Source of the DNA: Bacteriovoracaceae bacterium
Lineage (GTDB): Bacteria; Bdellovibrionota; Bacteriovoracia; Bacteriovoracales; Bacteriovoracaceae
Direction: 5' to 3'
DNA length: 64,000 bases
Assembly (NCBI GenBank): GCA_018649885.1
Contig: JABIHA010000084.1
Span: 62,001-126,000, forward strand
The notes below the pieces were generated by a model that saw only the letters and a program-made list of their open reading frames with translations, did not search any database and was not told the origin of the DNA. Of this stretch, positions 40,278 to 49,544 are shown piece by piece; position 1 is the stretch's first letter, and the number at the start of each line of letters is the position of its first letter. A program made the position numbers and the translations under genes.

Positions 40278-40645
40278 GTAGTTCCCATAACTTCTAAAGA
40301 AACACTCTTAATCTGTTTCTTTAGGTTATGAAAAAAGTCTTCATCGACTCCACGAAAAATCCCAAGATAAAGTTCACGCACCAATTGATTAAGATTATTA
40401 CCAATGGCCGCAAGTTCCCTATAGGTTTTTATGTTAACCTCGGGAATGGCAGCAGGTAATTTCCTTCTGAGAGAGAAGCGACGTATAAGTTCACTTAGAC
40501 TTAAGTGATGTTTGCTTGCAATCTCTAAAAGTTTCTCTCGTTCATCTGGTGTAAGCCTTACAGGGACTACACAGGATCGAATGACTTTGGGCTTTCTTTT
40601 TTTGAATGTCTGTGTTAGATTGTTTTTAACTTCTCGAATAGGCAT
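40274..40645 (-). CDS. mobC: MobC relaxosome accessory protein (ribbon-helix-helix)
   Basis: VRLTPDE...SLSELIR and LAAIGNNLNQLVR; AGGAG SD; overlaps the relaxase start. Confidence 0.9.
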   Translation of the reverse strand: MPIREVKNNLTQTFKKRKPKVIRSCVVPVRLTPDEREKLLEIASKHHLSLSELIRRFSLRRKLPAAIPEVNIKTYRELAAIGNNLNQLVRELYLGIFRGVDEDFFHNLKKQIKSVSLEVMGTT

Positions 40646-40817
40646 CTCCTAGTTGATGGTTATATGTGCAGAGCAGGCGCCAACCGACAAAGCACAGAAA
40701 GTTTCTCAGTAAATCAAAATAAATTTAATAAGTAAAAAATAAAAGTCTAACTTTCTCTGTCATCTTTTTAATTATTTGATATTATTTAAATGTTTAAAAA
40801 ATGAAGGAGAAGTTTTT

Positions 40818-41138
40818 ATGAAGTTTGGTGTTGTTATATCCACTACTGACCCCGAAACAGTTTTCAATGCTATTAGGCTGGCCAATTTTTCCGCTAAAAA
40901 AGGGGATGAAACCAAGATATTCCTACTCGGGAAAGGTGTAGAAATAGAGCAGATTGAAAGTGAAAAGTTTGATGTTAAACCACAAATTGATTCATTCTTA
41001 GAAAACTCTGGTGAAATTATGGCCTGTGGGACTTGTCTCAAATTAAGAAATCAAAAAGAGACAGATGTTTGTCCTATATCAACCATGAATGACTTATATG
41101 AGCTAATAAATGATTCCGATAAGGTTGTTACATTTTAG
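40818..41138 (+). CDS. DsrE-family protein
   Basis: IFLLGKGVE, MACGTCLKLR and SDKVVTF; AAGGAG SD. Confidence 0.85.
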   Translation: MKFGVVISTTDPETVFNAIRLANFSAKKGDETKIFLLGKGVEIEQIESEKFDVKPQIDSFLENSGEIMACGTCLKLRNQKETDVCPISTMNDLYELINDSDKVVTF

Positions 41139-41161
41139 ATGTAGAAAATTGAAAACTATTT

Positions 41162-42223
41162 TTACCTTATGAGATAAGTTGTACCTCTTCCTTTACCCTG
41201 TTGCTTGATAAGACCTTTATCTACAAGCCTTTTCATAAGGTCTTTCAGGCCATCGCGTGACATCTCTACATTTTCTAAGATGAAAGATATTTTACATTCT
41301 TCTTCTGCCTCAATAATACTGTAAACTTTTTTCTCATTTTCATTCATTACTGAGTTTGGTGCTTTATGAATAAGCGTGCTGTTAAGAAAATCAGTTTGTA
41401 CCGTAAGAACTTTTAAAAAGTAATTTATCCAATCATCGTATTTAACTTTTTCATGAAAGCTTGATTGGGTACTTCTTAAAGAAATGTAATAACCTTCTTT
41501 ATTATCTTCGATAACTTTTTCATGAGAAGTGTACTGTGCCCATTTGTAATCGTTCTTTAATAATAAAAGAGTTGTTAATAATCGGCTTAATCTTCCATTG
41601 CCATCTCTAAAAGGGTGAATCGCTAAAAAGTGAACAACAAAACCAGCAATAAGAATTAATTGTTGGCATTCTTTTTTAGCTTTCATGTCGATATAGTCAG
41701 AAATTAAATTCGCCATTGCTGATTCTGTTTCTGGCCCAGGGGGAGCTGTTTTAAACCAAACTTTTATTACCTTTCCTGTCGCTCTGTCTTGTTCAACTAC
41801 ATCATTTGTTACATTCTTGTATGCACCCCTTTGAGTTGAGGGAAGTTGTCCGTCGGTAAGTTCACTTGTCAAAAGTTGGTGAAGCTCTCGTATCGTTTTC
41901 TCTGAGACATCTAGCTTTTCATAATTATCATAAATGTAATTAAGGGCCTTAACATATCCAACAACCTCTCTTTCAGAGCGAGACGACATATCGTTTATTT
42001 CGCAGCCTTTTTCAATAAGCTCTTTGACTTGTTCGTCAGCTAAAATTGCACCTTCTATTCTAGTGGAAGCACCAGAAGAGGTAATGATGGTTGTCTTTTT
42101 TAGACTCTCAACAAGTGCCGGCCTTTGAAACTTAGTTGTCTCAAAAGCCCCTTGGAAACGTTCAATTTTTGTTATCTGCTCAGCTTGCTGGCCTGTAAGT
42201 ACATGACTTTTAATAGTTTTCAT
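41162..42223 (-). CDS. Fic-domain protein with C-terminal winged HTH
   Basis: HPFRDGNGRLSR; N-terminal STRIEG inhibitory-type motif; C-terminal LVDKGLIKQQGKGRGTTY. Confidence 0.9.
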   Translation of the reverse strand: MKTIKSHVLTGQQAEQITKIERFQGAFETTKFQRPALVESLKKTTIITSSGASTRIEGAILADEQVKELIEKGCEINDMSSRSEREVVGYVKALNYIYDNYEKLDVSEKTIRELHQLLTSELTDGQLPSTQRGAYKNVTNDVVEQDRATGKVIKVWFKTAPPGPETESAMANLISDYIDMKAKKECQQLILIAGFVVHFLAIHPFRDGNGRLSRLLTTLLLLKNDYKWAQYTSHEKVIEDNKEGYYISLRSTQSSFHEKVKYDDWINYFLKVLTVQTDFLNSTLIHKAPNSVMNENEKKVYSIIEAEEECKISFILENVEMSRDGLKDLMKRLVDKGLIKQQGKGRGTTYLIR

Positions 42224-42226
42224 AAA

Positions 42227-42299
42227 AACACCCAATTAACACCTGTAAAACACCCATAATAATAACTTAGAAACACCCAAAAAACACCTATAAAACACC
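42227..42299. repeat. Six phased AACACC direct repeats upstream of the Fic gene
   Basis: Starts at 42227, 42238, 42249, 42272, 42283 and 42294. Confidence 0.85.
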
Positions 42300-42354
42300 C
42301 GTAAATTTTATTTTAACGTAATTTCAATATGTTGATGGTTAATAAATTAGGTAC

Positions 42355-42386
42355 TTTACTCCGTACCATTGTACGGGGTTTATTAT
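42355..42386 (+). promoter_or_regulatory. MerR-type promoter/operator
   Basis: -35 TTTACT, 20-bp spacer containing the dyad CCGTAC-CATT-GTACGG, -10 TATTAT. Confidence 0.85.
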
Positions 42387-42393
42387 AGGTATT

Positions 42394-42810
42394 ATGAAAA
42401 ATGAAAATGAGACATTCACAATTGGAAAACTGGCAGAAAGAGCAGGGGTCAATGTTGAAACGGTCAGATTCTATGAGCGCAAAGGCCTGATCCAAAAACC
42501 ACAAAACTCCATTGGCTATAGAAAATATCCGAATTCTGATGCCGCAAAAATTAAATTTATCAAAAAGACACAAGAGCTTGGCTTTACCCTCAAAGAAGCA
42601 AAAGAATTACTCGAATTAAGAGTGAATAAAGCGGCCAAATGTTCATCAGTAAAAAATAAAACTGATTTGAAAATAAAAGAAGTTGCAGAAAAAATAAATG
42701 ATCTTCAAAAAATCAAAAATACACTTATAAAGCTATCAGAAAGTTGCAGCAATAAGGACGTTTCAGTCACAGAATGTCCCATTATTGAAAGCTTTGAGGA
42801 GATTAAATGA
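42394..42810 (+). CDS. merR: MerR-family metal-responsive regulator (Hg(II) MerR-like)
   Basis: TIGKLA...VETVRFYERKGL...GYR; three Cys at MerR-like positions, ending CPII. Confidence 0.85.
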   Translation: MKNENETFTIGKLAERAGVNVETVRFYERKGLIQKPQNSIGYRKYPNSDAAKIKFIKKTQELGFTLKEAKELLELRVNKAAKCSSVKNKTDLKIKEVAEKINDLQKIKNTLIKLSESCSNKDVSVTECPIIESFEEIK

Positions 42811-43232
42811 ATACTTCTGAAGAAGGAAAAACTGCTGGAAAAATTGGGGCCGCTTCCCTCGGCCCAGGAATTGGTGCTGCTATTTTAGCAAAAGCATCTT
42901 GTCCCTTATGCTATCCCGCCATTGGGGGATTTCTAACCAGCATAGGATTAGGTTTTCTCTTTGAAGGAGTTTACTTTTACATCATTATGTCTGTCTTCTT
43001 CTCCCTCTCACTTTTTGGTCTGGCCTTCAGAGCAAAAAATCGCCGAGGCTATCTACCATTTTGGATAGGATTCGTTGGCTCAGTGGTCGCAATTCTCGGT
43101 CGGTATTTCGCAAATGAGATTATTTTTTATGCAGGAATAACAATATTAATTGGAGCATCTATTTGGAACCTAATTCCCAAAAAAGAATCATGCTCTGCTT
43201 GTGTCGATGAGACAGGAGGAACAAATGAGTAA
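42807..43232 (+). CDS. merC: MerC-like mercury transport membrane protein
   Basis: SCPLCYPAIGGFLTSIGLGFL; 4 TM helices; C-terminal CSAC. Confidence 0.75.
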   Translation: MNTSEEGKTAGKIGAASLGPGIGAAILAKASCPLCYPAIGGFLTSIGLGFLFEGVYFYIIMSVFFSLSLFGLAFRAKNRRGYLPFWIGFVGSVVAILGRYFANEIIFYAGITILIGASIWNLIPKKESCSACVDETGGTNE

Positions 43233-43500
43233 AAGAAAAGTCGAAGTTTTCACAGAAGGTTGCCCCAAATGCGAACCAACAGTTGATCTGGTCAAGTCAC
43301 TTGTCTGCGATAATTGTGAATTAATTATTTACGATGTTAAAAAGGGCTGTGACACCAATGTCTGCCGTGAACTTGCAACAAAATATGGTGTAACAAGATA
43401 CCCCTCTGTTGCCATAAACGGTCAGCTTCTTGATTGCTGTGTAAATGGTGATGGCCCATCAGAAAAAACACTACGAGCGGCCGGAATTGGTTCAAATTAA
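43225..43500 (+). CDS. Thioredoxin/glutaredoxin-like Cys-rich protein
   Basis: GCPKC, YGVTRYPSVAING and DCC; AGGAGG SD. Confidence 0.75.
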   Translation: MSKRKVEVFTEGCPKCEPTVDLVKSLVCDNCELIIYDVKKGCDTNVCRELATKYGVTRYPSVAINGQLLDCCVNGDGPSEKTLRAAGIGSN

Positions 43501-43760
43501 TGATGAAGTGTTGTGAAAATGATGACCAGAAAGATTCAAAGTTAGAGAGTCAAAATCTCGAAGGGCTTATTTGCTATTGTTTTCAGCACTCCAAGAAAGA
43601 GCTATATGAAGCAATTCAAAAAGGTGAAGAACAAGAAATAATAAACGACATTAAATCAAAAATTAAAGACCCTGGTTGTTTTTGTGAAACTGCCAATCCC
43701 AGTGGCAAGTGTTGTCTTTCCGATATAAAAAAATTCATCAGTTTTCATAAAGAAAACTAA
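43500..43760 (+). CDS. BFD-like [2Fe-2S]/CopZ-associated Cys-rich protein
   Basis: ICYCF...CFCETANPSGKCC. Confidence 0.75.
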   Translation: MMKCCENDDQKDSKLESQNLEGLICYCFQHSKKELYEAIQKGEEQEIINDIKSKIKDPGCFCETANPSGKCCLSDIKKFISFHKEN

Positions 43761-43813
43761 CTTTTTTTCATAGTCACCTCCCCATTCCCTCCGGCCGGGT
43801 GAGGGAGGTGCTT

Positions 43814-43903
43814 ATGAAGAAAAAGTTCAAGATTATTTTTAAAATACTCAGAATAACTGCCTTAATTTATCGGATTTCTAAGGCCGCACTGGCCTTCTTC
43901 TAA
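43814..43903 (+). CDS. 29-aa cationic hydrophobic peptide, type I toxin-like (below the ORF-track cutoff)
   Basis: GGGAGGTG SD; MKKKFKIIFKILRITALIYRISKAALAFF; SD and ATG pair with upstream 43759-43782. Confidence 0.55.
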   Translation: MKKKFKIIFKILRITALIYRISKAALAFF

Positions 43904-44158
43904 ATGCGAACGAAGTGAGAATTTAGCTCTTAGAGCGTAAACCCGACGTAGTCGGTTTACATGGCTCGCTACCAACCACCAAACTCAAATTCATACAAAA
44001 TTATAAATACCACCAAAATAAACAAAAAGATGAGACCAGCTACAACGACTTAACCTAAGCTTAACTATTAAAGCCCACCGAAATCAAGGTATTCAAATCA
44101 AAACTGTCCATTTTTCAGGCCTAAAAAACGGACAAATAAATAGGGTAATGAAACAGAG

Positions 44159-44193
44159 AAAGGGGGTAATACAGACCACATATTACCCCCTTT
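44159..44193. repeat. Perfect 13-bp inverted repeat
   Basis: AAAGGGGGTAATA-N9-TATTACCCCCTTT. Confidence 0.85.
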
Positions 44194-44341
44194 AAAAAAT
44201 ATTATTAAAGCCCCCTGATTGAATTAGACTGATATTGCTTTAAAGCAATTATTTAAATCAATATTTTCCCAATTAAATTAATTGGTTATCCAGCTTATAA
44301 TTAAAGATATAGATGTTTTCCATGGAAGGAAGAAGGTAAAA

Positions 44342-47300
44342 ATGAGCAGGAAGCTACCAACTACTATAAGTAGATTGAAAGAATTGTTTGAGCGTAATTT
44401 AGACTCATATTCTTCAAGCAAATATAATGAGACACAAGTTCGTCGTGAATTTATCGATCCATTTTTTGAAGCACTAGGATGGGATGTTGGAAATAAAGAA
44501 GGAATTGCAGAGCAGTATAAAGAAGTAATTCATGAAGACAGTATTATTGTGGGTAACTCCAAAAAAGCTCCTGACTATTGTTTTAGAGTTGGTAGTGAGA
44601 GGAAATTTTTTGTTGAAGCTAAGAAACCTGCTGTAAATATTTCTAAAGATGTGGATAGTGCATTTCAACTCCGGCGTTATGGGTGGTCAGCAAAGCTCGG
44701 TCTTTCAATTTTAACGAATTTTAAAGAGATTTCTGTTTATGACTGTAGAGTAAAGCCTAAACAAAATGATAAAGCTAGCACTGCAAGAATTATGCATTTT
44801 TCTTTTGAGGAATTAGATGAAAAATGGAGTGAATTAGAAGATATTTTTTCTAAAGATGCAGTATGGAAGGGAAGCTTTGATAAGTTTTCCTCTATTTCGG
44901 GCAAAAAAAGAGGCACAACAACTGTAGATGATGATTTTCTTAAACAGCTAGAAGGTTGGCGAGCATCTTTGGCAAAGAACCTTGTTAAATTAAATAAAAA
45001 TATAAATCAAAGAGACTTAAATTATTCAGTTCAAAGGACTATTGATCGAATTCTATTTTTGAGAATTAGCGAAGATAGAGGATTGGAAAACGATGCTCAG
45101 CTTCAGAGCTTACTTTCTAAAAAGAATATTTATAAGGGATTATGTGAGTTGTTTCTTATTGCCGATGAGAAATATAATTCGGGGCTTTTCCATTTTCATA
45201 AAGAGAATGATCGTCCAGAACCACCAGATGAATTAAGTTTGAAGCTTAATATTGATGATAAGACTTTAAAAGAAATATTTGAAAATTTATATTATCCAAA
45301 TTGTCCGTATGAATTCTCTGTTATGCCGGCAGAAATACTTGGGCAAGTCTATGAACAGTTTCTTGGAAAGTATATCAAGGTAACAAGTTCAAAACGCGTG
45401 ACTATTGAAGAAAAGCCAATTGTGAAAAAAGCGGGAGGTGTCTTTTATACCCCTGCCTATATTGTGAATGAAATCGTAATTGAAACAATTGCACCATTGC
45501 TGAAAAACTCAACACCCTTAAAAGTATCTCGATTAAAATTTGTTGATCCGGCTTGTGGTTCGGGATCATTTTTAATAGGAGTTTATGATTATATTCTAAA
45601 CTGGCATTTGGACTATTATATGAGTAACAATCCAAAAAAACATACAGATAAAGTTCACCTAAACAAGAATAGAAAATGGGTATTAACTTCTTCTGAGAAA
45701 AAACAAATTCTATTGAATAATATATATGGAGTAGATATTGATGCTCAGGCCGTCGAGACAACAAAATTGAGCCTGCTTTTAAAGGTATTGGAAAATGAAA
45801 CTCACGAGGCGATAAATAAGCAGCTATCCCTTTTTAAAGAGAGGGCTTTGCCCGATTTAGGGGATAATGTTAAGTGTGGGAACTCGCTTGTTGATAGCAA
45901 ATTTTTTAACAAGTACGATCATAATCAATTTGGCGATGATGAAATGTTTAAAATAAATCCATTTGATTGGAAAAAAGAGTTTCCGGCCGTATTTAAGGGA
46001 AATAAGAAAGGATTTGATGCCGTTGTTGGAAACCCTCCATATGTTAGAGTTCAACTCCTAAATGAAATAATTCCTAAGCAGGCTGAATTTTTTACTTCAC
46101 AGTATAAGTCTGCTCAAAAAGGAAACTATGATATTTATGTGACCTTCGTAGAACGAGGATTAGATATTTTAGATGCAAATGGAGTCTTGGGATATATTCT
46201 TCCACATAAATTTTTTAATGCTGAATACGGAGAGCCATTACGGGAAGTGCTATCTTCTGGAAAGCATGTGAGAAAAATTGTTCATTTTGGAGATCAGCAA
46301 GTCTTCAAACAGGCCACAACATACACTTGTCTTCTATACCTCACAAAAATGGCTAAGAAAAAGCTCGAATTTGAAAAAGTCGTGAACTTAAATGAGTGGA
46401 GATTAAAGAGACAAGCTGAAAAAGGAATTATGAGTACAAAGTTCTTAAACTCAGACTCTTGGTATCTATTATCAGACTCTGAGCGAAGTCTAATGAACAA
46501 ATTGGATAAAATGGATAATACTTTGGAATCTATGACATCAAGAATTTTCCAAGGACTAAAAACCAGTGCTGATAAAGTTTACATAGTGGATAAAGTTAAA
46601 TCCAAGAAAAAGAATTATGTAATTTTCTGTAGAGAAGATGAAAAGGAATACGAAGTAGAAAAAGATCTATTTCACACTCTCATTAAGGGAGGAGATAGTC
46701 GGGATTTTATACAGAAAAGCTCTAAAAGATTGATTCTGTTCCCTTACGGTGTTCGTGAAGGTAATGCTTCTATTCTTTCAGAGGCGGAATTAAAAAAGAA
46801 ATACCCTTTAACATATAAATATTTGAAATCTCATAAAGTATTTTTGTCAGGTCGAGAGCGTGGAAATATAGTACAGGGAGGTAATCCTTGGTATGTCTAT
46901 GGAAGAACACAGGCATTAGATCAAATTTCTAAAAAGAAAATTTTCACACCTGATATTGCGCCTAAACCAGAATTTTCCGTAGATCAAAAAGGTAGTACTT
47001 ATTTTACAGGTGGAGTCTCGGGTGGATATGGAATTTTACCTAATGATGATAAATACTTTTATTACCTTTTAGGCTTCCTTAACTCATCTTTTTCAAATTG
47101 GTTTATCCGTAAGACTTCTACTCAAATGAGAGGTGGCTTTTATAGTTTTGAATCTAAATATATAAAACACATCCCTGTTCCTATCCCCACAGAGAGTCAG
47201 CTTAAAGAGATTAACGAACTCGTAAAGGGAATAATTTCAACTTCAAAAAGCATTGAGGCAAATAGCTCCGGTGCAGACAATACTCTTTTAGCTAGAAAGC

Positions 47301-47413
47301 GCGACCGGTTAAAAAATGCGATAGATGAAATTGTATATGGGGCTTTATCCCTTAATAAATCAGAGCAGAGTATTGTAAAAACAGCAGGGGAATTATTATC
47401 TCAAGTTTCTTAG
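44342..47413 (+). CDS. Type IIG (Eco57I-like) restriction-modification fusion
   Basis: N-terminal PDY...VEAKK nuclease; GVFYTP, DPACGSG, GVDID and GNPPY (adenine MTase); TaqI-C-like target-recognition region. Confidence 0.92.
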   Translation: MSRKLPTTISRLKELFERNLDSYSSSKYNETQVRREFIDPFFEALGWDVGNKEGIAEQYKEVIHEDSIIVGNSKKAPDYCFRVGSERKFFVEAKKPAVNISKDVDSAFQLRRYGWSAKLGLSILTNFKEISVYDCRVKPKQNDKASTARIMHFSFEELDEKWSELEDIFSKDAVWKGSFDKFSSISGKKRGTTTVDDDFLKQLEGWRASLAKNLVKLNKNINQRDLNYSVQRTIDRILFLRISEDRGLENDAQLQSLLSKKNIYKGLCELFLIADEKYNSGLFHFHKENDRPEPPDELSLKLNIDDKTLKEIFENLYYPNCPYEFSVMPAEILGQVYEQFLGKYIKVTSSKRVTIEEKPIVKKAGGVFYTPAYIVNEIVIETIAPLLKNSTPLKVSRLKFVDPACGSGSFLIGVYDYILNWHLDYYMSNNPKKHTDKVHLNKNRKWVLTSSEKKQILLNNIYGVDIDAQAVETTKLSLLLKVLENETHEAINKQLSLFKERALPDLGDNVKCGNSLVDSKFFNKYDHNQFGDDEMFKINPFDWKKEFPAVFKGNKKGFDAVVGNPPYVRVQLLNEIIPKQAEFFTSQYKSAQKGNYDIYVTFVERGLDILDANGVLGYILPHKFFNAEYGEPLREVLSSGKHVRKIVHFGDQQVFKQATTYTCLLYLTKMAKKKLEFEKVVNLNEWRLKRQAEKGIMSTKFLNSDSWYLLSDSERSLMNKLDKMDNTLESMTSRIFQGLKTSADKVYIVDKVKSKKKNYVIFCREDEKEYEVEKDLFHTLIKGGDSRDFIQKSSKRLILFPYGVREGNASILSEAELKKKYPLTYKYLKSHKVFLSGRERGNIVQGGNPWYVYGRTQALDQISKKKIFTPDIAPKPEFSVDQKGSTYFTGGVSGGYGILPNDDKYFYYLLGFLNSSFSNWFIRKTSTQMRGGFYSFESKYIKHIPVPIPTESQLKEINELVKGIISTSKSIEANSSGADNTLLARKRDRLKNAIDEIVYGALSLNKSEQSIVKTAGELLSQVS

Positions 47414-47433
47414 TTAATTGGAGTTCCTAAAAA

Positions 47434-48456
47434 ATGGCAAATTTATATAATAAGACATTAAAAGAAACATTTTTGCCCTTTGAGTTTGATAAAGAAGCTG
47501 ATTTTGAAAAAATTATCGTAGAATTATCAGAGCAAATTTTTGGAGAAGAATCGATATATCTGGATATAAAGAAAAAAGTTCGTGGAGGAGATATAACGAC
47601 GATCCCAGATGGGTATGTTTTAGATTTAGCCGATCCGATGAACCCATCACTGTATGTTATTGAAAATGAGATCGTTTCACATGACCCATTTAAGCATATT
47701 GGAATTCAACTTTTAAAGTTTGCTACAAGTTTTGATGATGGAAAACAAACAATTAGAAAGTTCTTAATGGAAGAAATTTCTAAAAATGATGACTTTCTAA
47801 AGAAATTAGAAAAAGCATGTTCCAATTCGCAACATAGAAATATAGATAATTTTTTAGATATAGCTGTATTTAAAAAATTTAAAGCTATTGTTGTTATTGA
47901 TGAAGCAAGACCAGAGCTACATAATGTTTTAGAAAAAATTAATGCTGATATCTCTGTGATTGAGTTGAAAACATTTATTAATAGTAAAAAAGAGTTTATG
48001 TACTTATTCGATACTATTTATGATGAAAATGAGGATGAAGCCCCGAAGAGCAAAGAGAGCAAGGCTTACTCAGCAGAGGATAGCGCAAAAAGAAGAGCAC
48101 GAAGGGCCAAGTGCGATACTATAGTTGTTCCAGCCCGAGAAGAGGGCTTTAAGGATGTCTTCTTAGGACAAAATAAGTGGTACGCAATAAGAATCGGAGC
48201 AGCGATGAAAGATAAAATTAAATACATTGCTGCTTATCAAAGATCGCCTATAAGCTCGATTACTTATTTAGCAAAAGTTAAAGATATTCGTCCTTTCCAA
48301 AATACGAATAAATATGAGGTTCTTTTTGATGGAGCGGCTCAAAAAATTGGACCAATAAAACTAAAAGACTCAAAAATGTCACCTCAATGTCCTGTATATG
48401 TAGAGCATTCAAAGCTACAATCAGCATCGTCAGTTGATGAGTTACTTGAGTACTAG
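47434..48456 (+). CDS. Putative PD-(D/E)xK-type nuclease with C-terminal accessory domain
   Basis: EADFE...IPDG...VIENE...HIGIQL; C-terminal DTIVVPAREEGF...WYAIRI...YIAAYQ domain; 20 nt after the R-M gene. Confidence 0.6.
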   Translation: MANLYNKTLKETFLPFEFDKEADFEKIIVELSEQIFGEESIYLDIKKKVRGGDITTIPDGYVLDLADPMNPSLYVIENEIVSHDPFKHIGIQLLKFATSFDDGKQTIRKFLMEEISKNDDFLKKLEKACSNSQHRNIDNFLDIAVFKKFKAIVVIDEARPELHNVLEKINADISVIELKTFINSKKEFMYLFDTIYDENEDEAPKSKESKAYSAEDSAKRRARRAKCDTIVVPAREEGFKDVFLGQNKWYAIRIGAAMKDKIKYIAAYQRSPISSITYLAKVKDIRPFQNTNKYEVLFDGAAQKIGPIKLKDSKMSPQCPVYVEHSKLQSASSVDELLEY

Positions 48457-48458
48457 CA

Positions 48459-49535
48459 CTAGTTTATTGTTGCAAGCCTGAACTTATTTATGGCAGCATC
48501 ATCAATTTTCTTCGCTACGTCAGTCAAATACTCCATTTTTTCTAACATTGAATCGATTGATAGCTGGTGTTCAGTGTTTATAGTAAAGTCGGGGTAATAA
48601 ACAAGAAATTTCTCGTCAGTTATTCCATTTTTATGAGAGTATAAATGTCTAATTTGTAGAATTTTTTCAATGGCTATTTGTTCTGTTTCTTCGATTACAT
48701 TAAGAGATGAAATTTGTTTATTGTCAGCAATAAACCCTTTTACGCTTCCTCTTTGTAGTTTGCTAATTTTTTTCTTGGCCCAAAAGGAGATAAATTCATC
48801 AATATCATTACAGCTTAGAATTTCTTTAACTGAGACTTGCTCTTCTGACCTTAATGTTTCAGGTTTCGCGAGATATATTTCATATAAGAGGTCTGATAAA
48901 TAAGTTTCAAAATTATCTGCACAAGAGGAGAAAAGGATTCTGGTTAGAATTTTACCTTCTTGGTTTGTTGTCGGTGTTGTTGGGTTAATCGGATACAGAA
49001 TTCTTTTAAGATCATCTACTATATTCAAAATACTTTGAAAATGCTCGATATACCTTGTCAGCGCACCTGACGATACACTAGCTTTTAATTCAAGTCTCTC
49101 GAAAAAATCCTTAATTCTCAGGTAACTGGTTTCATGAAATGGTTTTTGCTCTGGCTTTTTAACAGTTGTTTGATCACCATGTCGTTCAAAAACCTTATCT
49201 CCGATTACAATCGGTGTTGACGATTTCTCAACTTTAATAACATATAATTTTTTTCCTTGATACTCTATATATTGGTGATCTACCTTAGGTGAAGGAGTTA
49301 GGAGTTGAATAGCTTTACTAGTGATTGAGTTGGCATGAAAGTCTTCACTTAATCCCTTCACTTCTATTGAGCCATTAGTTTCAACTATTCCAAGAATAAT
49401 ATAGCCACCCTCCGCATTGGCAAATGCAGACAGCAGTAAACCAAGTCTTCTTGATGGAGGTAGTACCGCCTTGTACTCTAAAGTGAGACTTTCAGGCTGG
49501 CCTATTAATTTTTCTATTTCGTCTATTTCAATCAT
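48459..49535 (-). CDS. Schlafen/AlbA_2 domain fused to a HEPN-like RNase domain
   Basis: ESLTLEYK and SAFANAEGGYIILGI (AlbA_2); FETYLSD helix and RHLYSH (RxxxxH) in the C-terminal half. Confidence 0.8.
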   Translation of the reverse strand: MIEIDEIEKLIGQPESLTLEYKAVLPPSRRLGLLLSAFANAEGGYIILGIVETNGSIEVKGLSEDFHANSITSKAIQLLTPSPKVDHQYIEYQGKKLYVIKVEKSSTPIVIGDKVFERHGDQTTVKKPEQKPFHETSYLRIKDFFERLELKASVSSGALTRYIEHFQSILNIVDDLKRILYPINPTTPTTNQEGKILTRILFSSCADNFETYLSDLLYEIYLAKPETLRSEEQVSVKEILSCNDIDEFISFWAKKKISKLQRGSVKGFIADNKQISSLNVIEETEQIAIEKILQIRHLYSHKNGITDEKFLVYYPDFTINTEHQLSIDSMLEKMEYLTDVAKKIDDAAINKFRLATIN

Positions 49536-49544
49536 AGTGTGTGC

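Noticed and set aside
42313..42573. 86-aa minus-strand ORF and similar 60-125 aa ORFs nested in or antisense to larger genes
   Set aside because: They overlap well-supported genes and lack an SD or recognisable motifs. Only 39071-39538 was kept.
43757..43785. Mirror SD+ATG on the minus strand of the hairpin (GGGGAGGTGACTATG)
   Set aside because: Encodes only MKKS-stop; a by-product of the inverted repeat.
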